NCBI GenBank assembly: GCA_036840065.1
Contig: DAITZZ010000003.1
Span: 28,378-92,377 of the forward strand
Source: a bacterium
GTDB taxonomy: Bacteria > Bacteroidota > Ignavibacteria > Kapaibacteriales > Kapaibacteriaceae
Length of the DNA stretch: 64,000 bases
Direction: 5' to 3'
Made by a program: the position numbers and the translations under genes. How positions within the stretch are numbered: position 1 is the first letter of the stretch; each line of letters begins with the position of its first letter. Of this stretch, positions 63,488-64,000 are shown one piece after another. The notes below the pieces were generated by a model, which did no database searches, was not told the DNA's origin, and saw only the letters and a program-made list of their open reading frames with translations.

Positions 63488-64000
63488 TTACATGGCCACG
63501 GCAATGCGGACCACATACAGCAGACCAACGCCGATCAGCGCTATTCCCATGAACGCGCGTATGCGCAGCAACAACGTACCGGAAAGACGCTCGCGGTATC
63601 GCTGCACAAGCATCCCGAGCGTGACCAGCCACAGGGCGTTACCAAGTCCAAATCCAAGACTGAAGATGAGCACGTCGGAGGTTGCCGATCCGAGCACTCC
63701 GGCACTGCGGATCATGCCGGACATCACAACGAGCGACGGAAGAAAGGTCGGGTTGGCGATATTGGTCACGGCAAATCCGATTCCTACAAGGAACGGAAGG
63801 AGCGCCGGTGCCAGCCCCAGCCTCTGTGTCCAGCGTGCAGGGCGGCCATCGTCGGAATCCTGCCCTGCCGCGGGTGATGGCCGGCGCAGAAACACCACTC
63901 CGACAACGATCATCACACTGGCAATGAGCAGGCGCGTAACGCTCATAAGGCCTGTCGAGCCCCCTGTCGCGGACGTTGAAACAAGCGCCGTGAGAAGTCC
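63488..64000 (-). CDS. LysE/RhtB-like small-molecule efflux membrane protein (partial; the N-terminus lies beyond the right edge of the window)
   Basis: A hydrophobic multi-TM protein (…LGLAPALLPFLVGIGFAVTNIANPTFLPSLVVMSGMIRSAGVLGSATSDVLIFSLGFGLGNALWLVTLGMLVQ…). The reading frame remains open, with no stop, from the track start (63946) up to position 64000, so the real start is probably outside the window. The family assignment is tentative. Confidence 0.45.
   Translation of the reverse strand, partial: GLLTALVSTSATGGSTGLMSVTRLLIASVMIVVGVVFLRRPSPAAGQDSDDGRPARWTQRLGLAPALLPFLVGIGFAVTNIANPTFLPSLVVMSGMIRSAGVLGSATSDVLIFSLGFGLGNALWLVTLGMLVQRYRERLSGTLLLRIRAFMGIALIGVGLLYVVRIAVAM

Noticed and set aside
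1-64000. CRISPR arrays, IS elements, integrases, prophage or toxin-antitoxin modules
   Set aside because: No direct-repeat/spacer periodicity was seen, no transposase or recombinase motifs, no small paired ORFs typical of TA systems. The only tandem repeats are the coding repeats in the H1-like gene.

Overview
This is a 64 kb, high-GC (~60-65%), gene-dense chromosomal window with no CRISPR array, integrase, transposase or other mobile-element signature. Gene content points to a Bacteroidota/Rhodothermota-like lineage. Evidence for the lineage: a fused CcoN-CcoO cbb3 oxidase subunit, type III glutamine synthetase, a eukaryote-like IleRS, at least four proteins with T9SS (Por) C-terminal sorting domains, and TAnnTTTG -7-like promoter motifs just upstream of several start codons. 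The window is mostly housekeeping: aspS, pdhAB, gmk, yicC, PNP, ribD, ribH, speA, fur, topA, glnA-III, lrp, mtgA, rluD, lspA, ileS, murI, holA and tRNA-Leu. There is one complete cbb3 oxidase biogenesis locus (rrf2-ccoI-ccoS-ccoNO-ccoQ-ccoP-ccoG-fixH plus a DsbD_2/TauE-like gene), and several large secreted or outer-membrane proteins. Three things stand out. (1) A translationally coupled string ribD-TPR-[~26-aa D-x-x-G-N-D-x-Y beta-solenoid repeats + HEAT]-RqcH/NFACT homolog, whose middle member has no family I can name. (2) A KAAKP-repeat histone H1-like ORF ending in an A10 homopolymer; a -1 shift at that tract would fuse it through a K/S/A-rich linker to a DksA/TraR zinc-finger protein. (3) A DUF1501/DUF1800 pair in which the DUF1501 protein carries both a twin-arginine signal and a T9SS sorting domain. 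Coordinates come from the ORF track plus frame arithmetic. The track evidently also uses GTG (and probably TTG) starts and prints them as M (for example, 1257 begins with GTG). Features not in the track (the aspS start, the tRNA, hairpins, repeat tracts) may be off by 1-2 nt.
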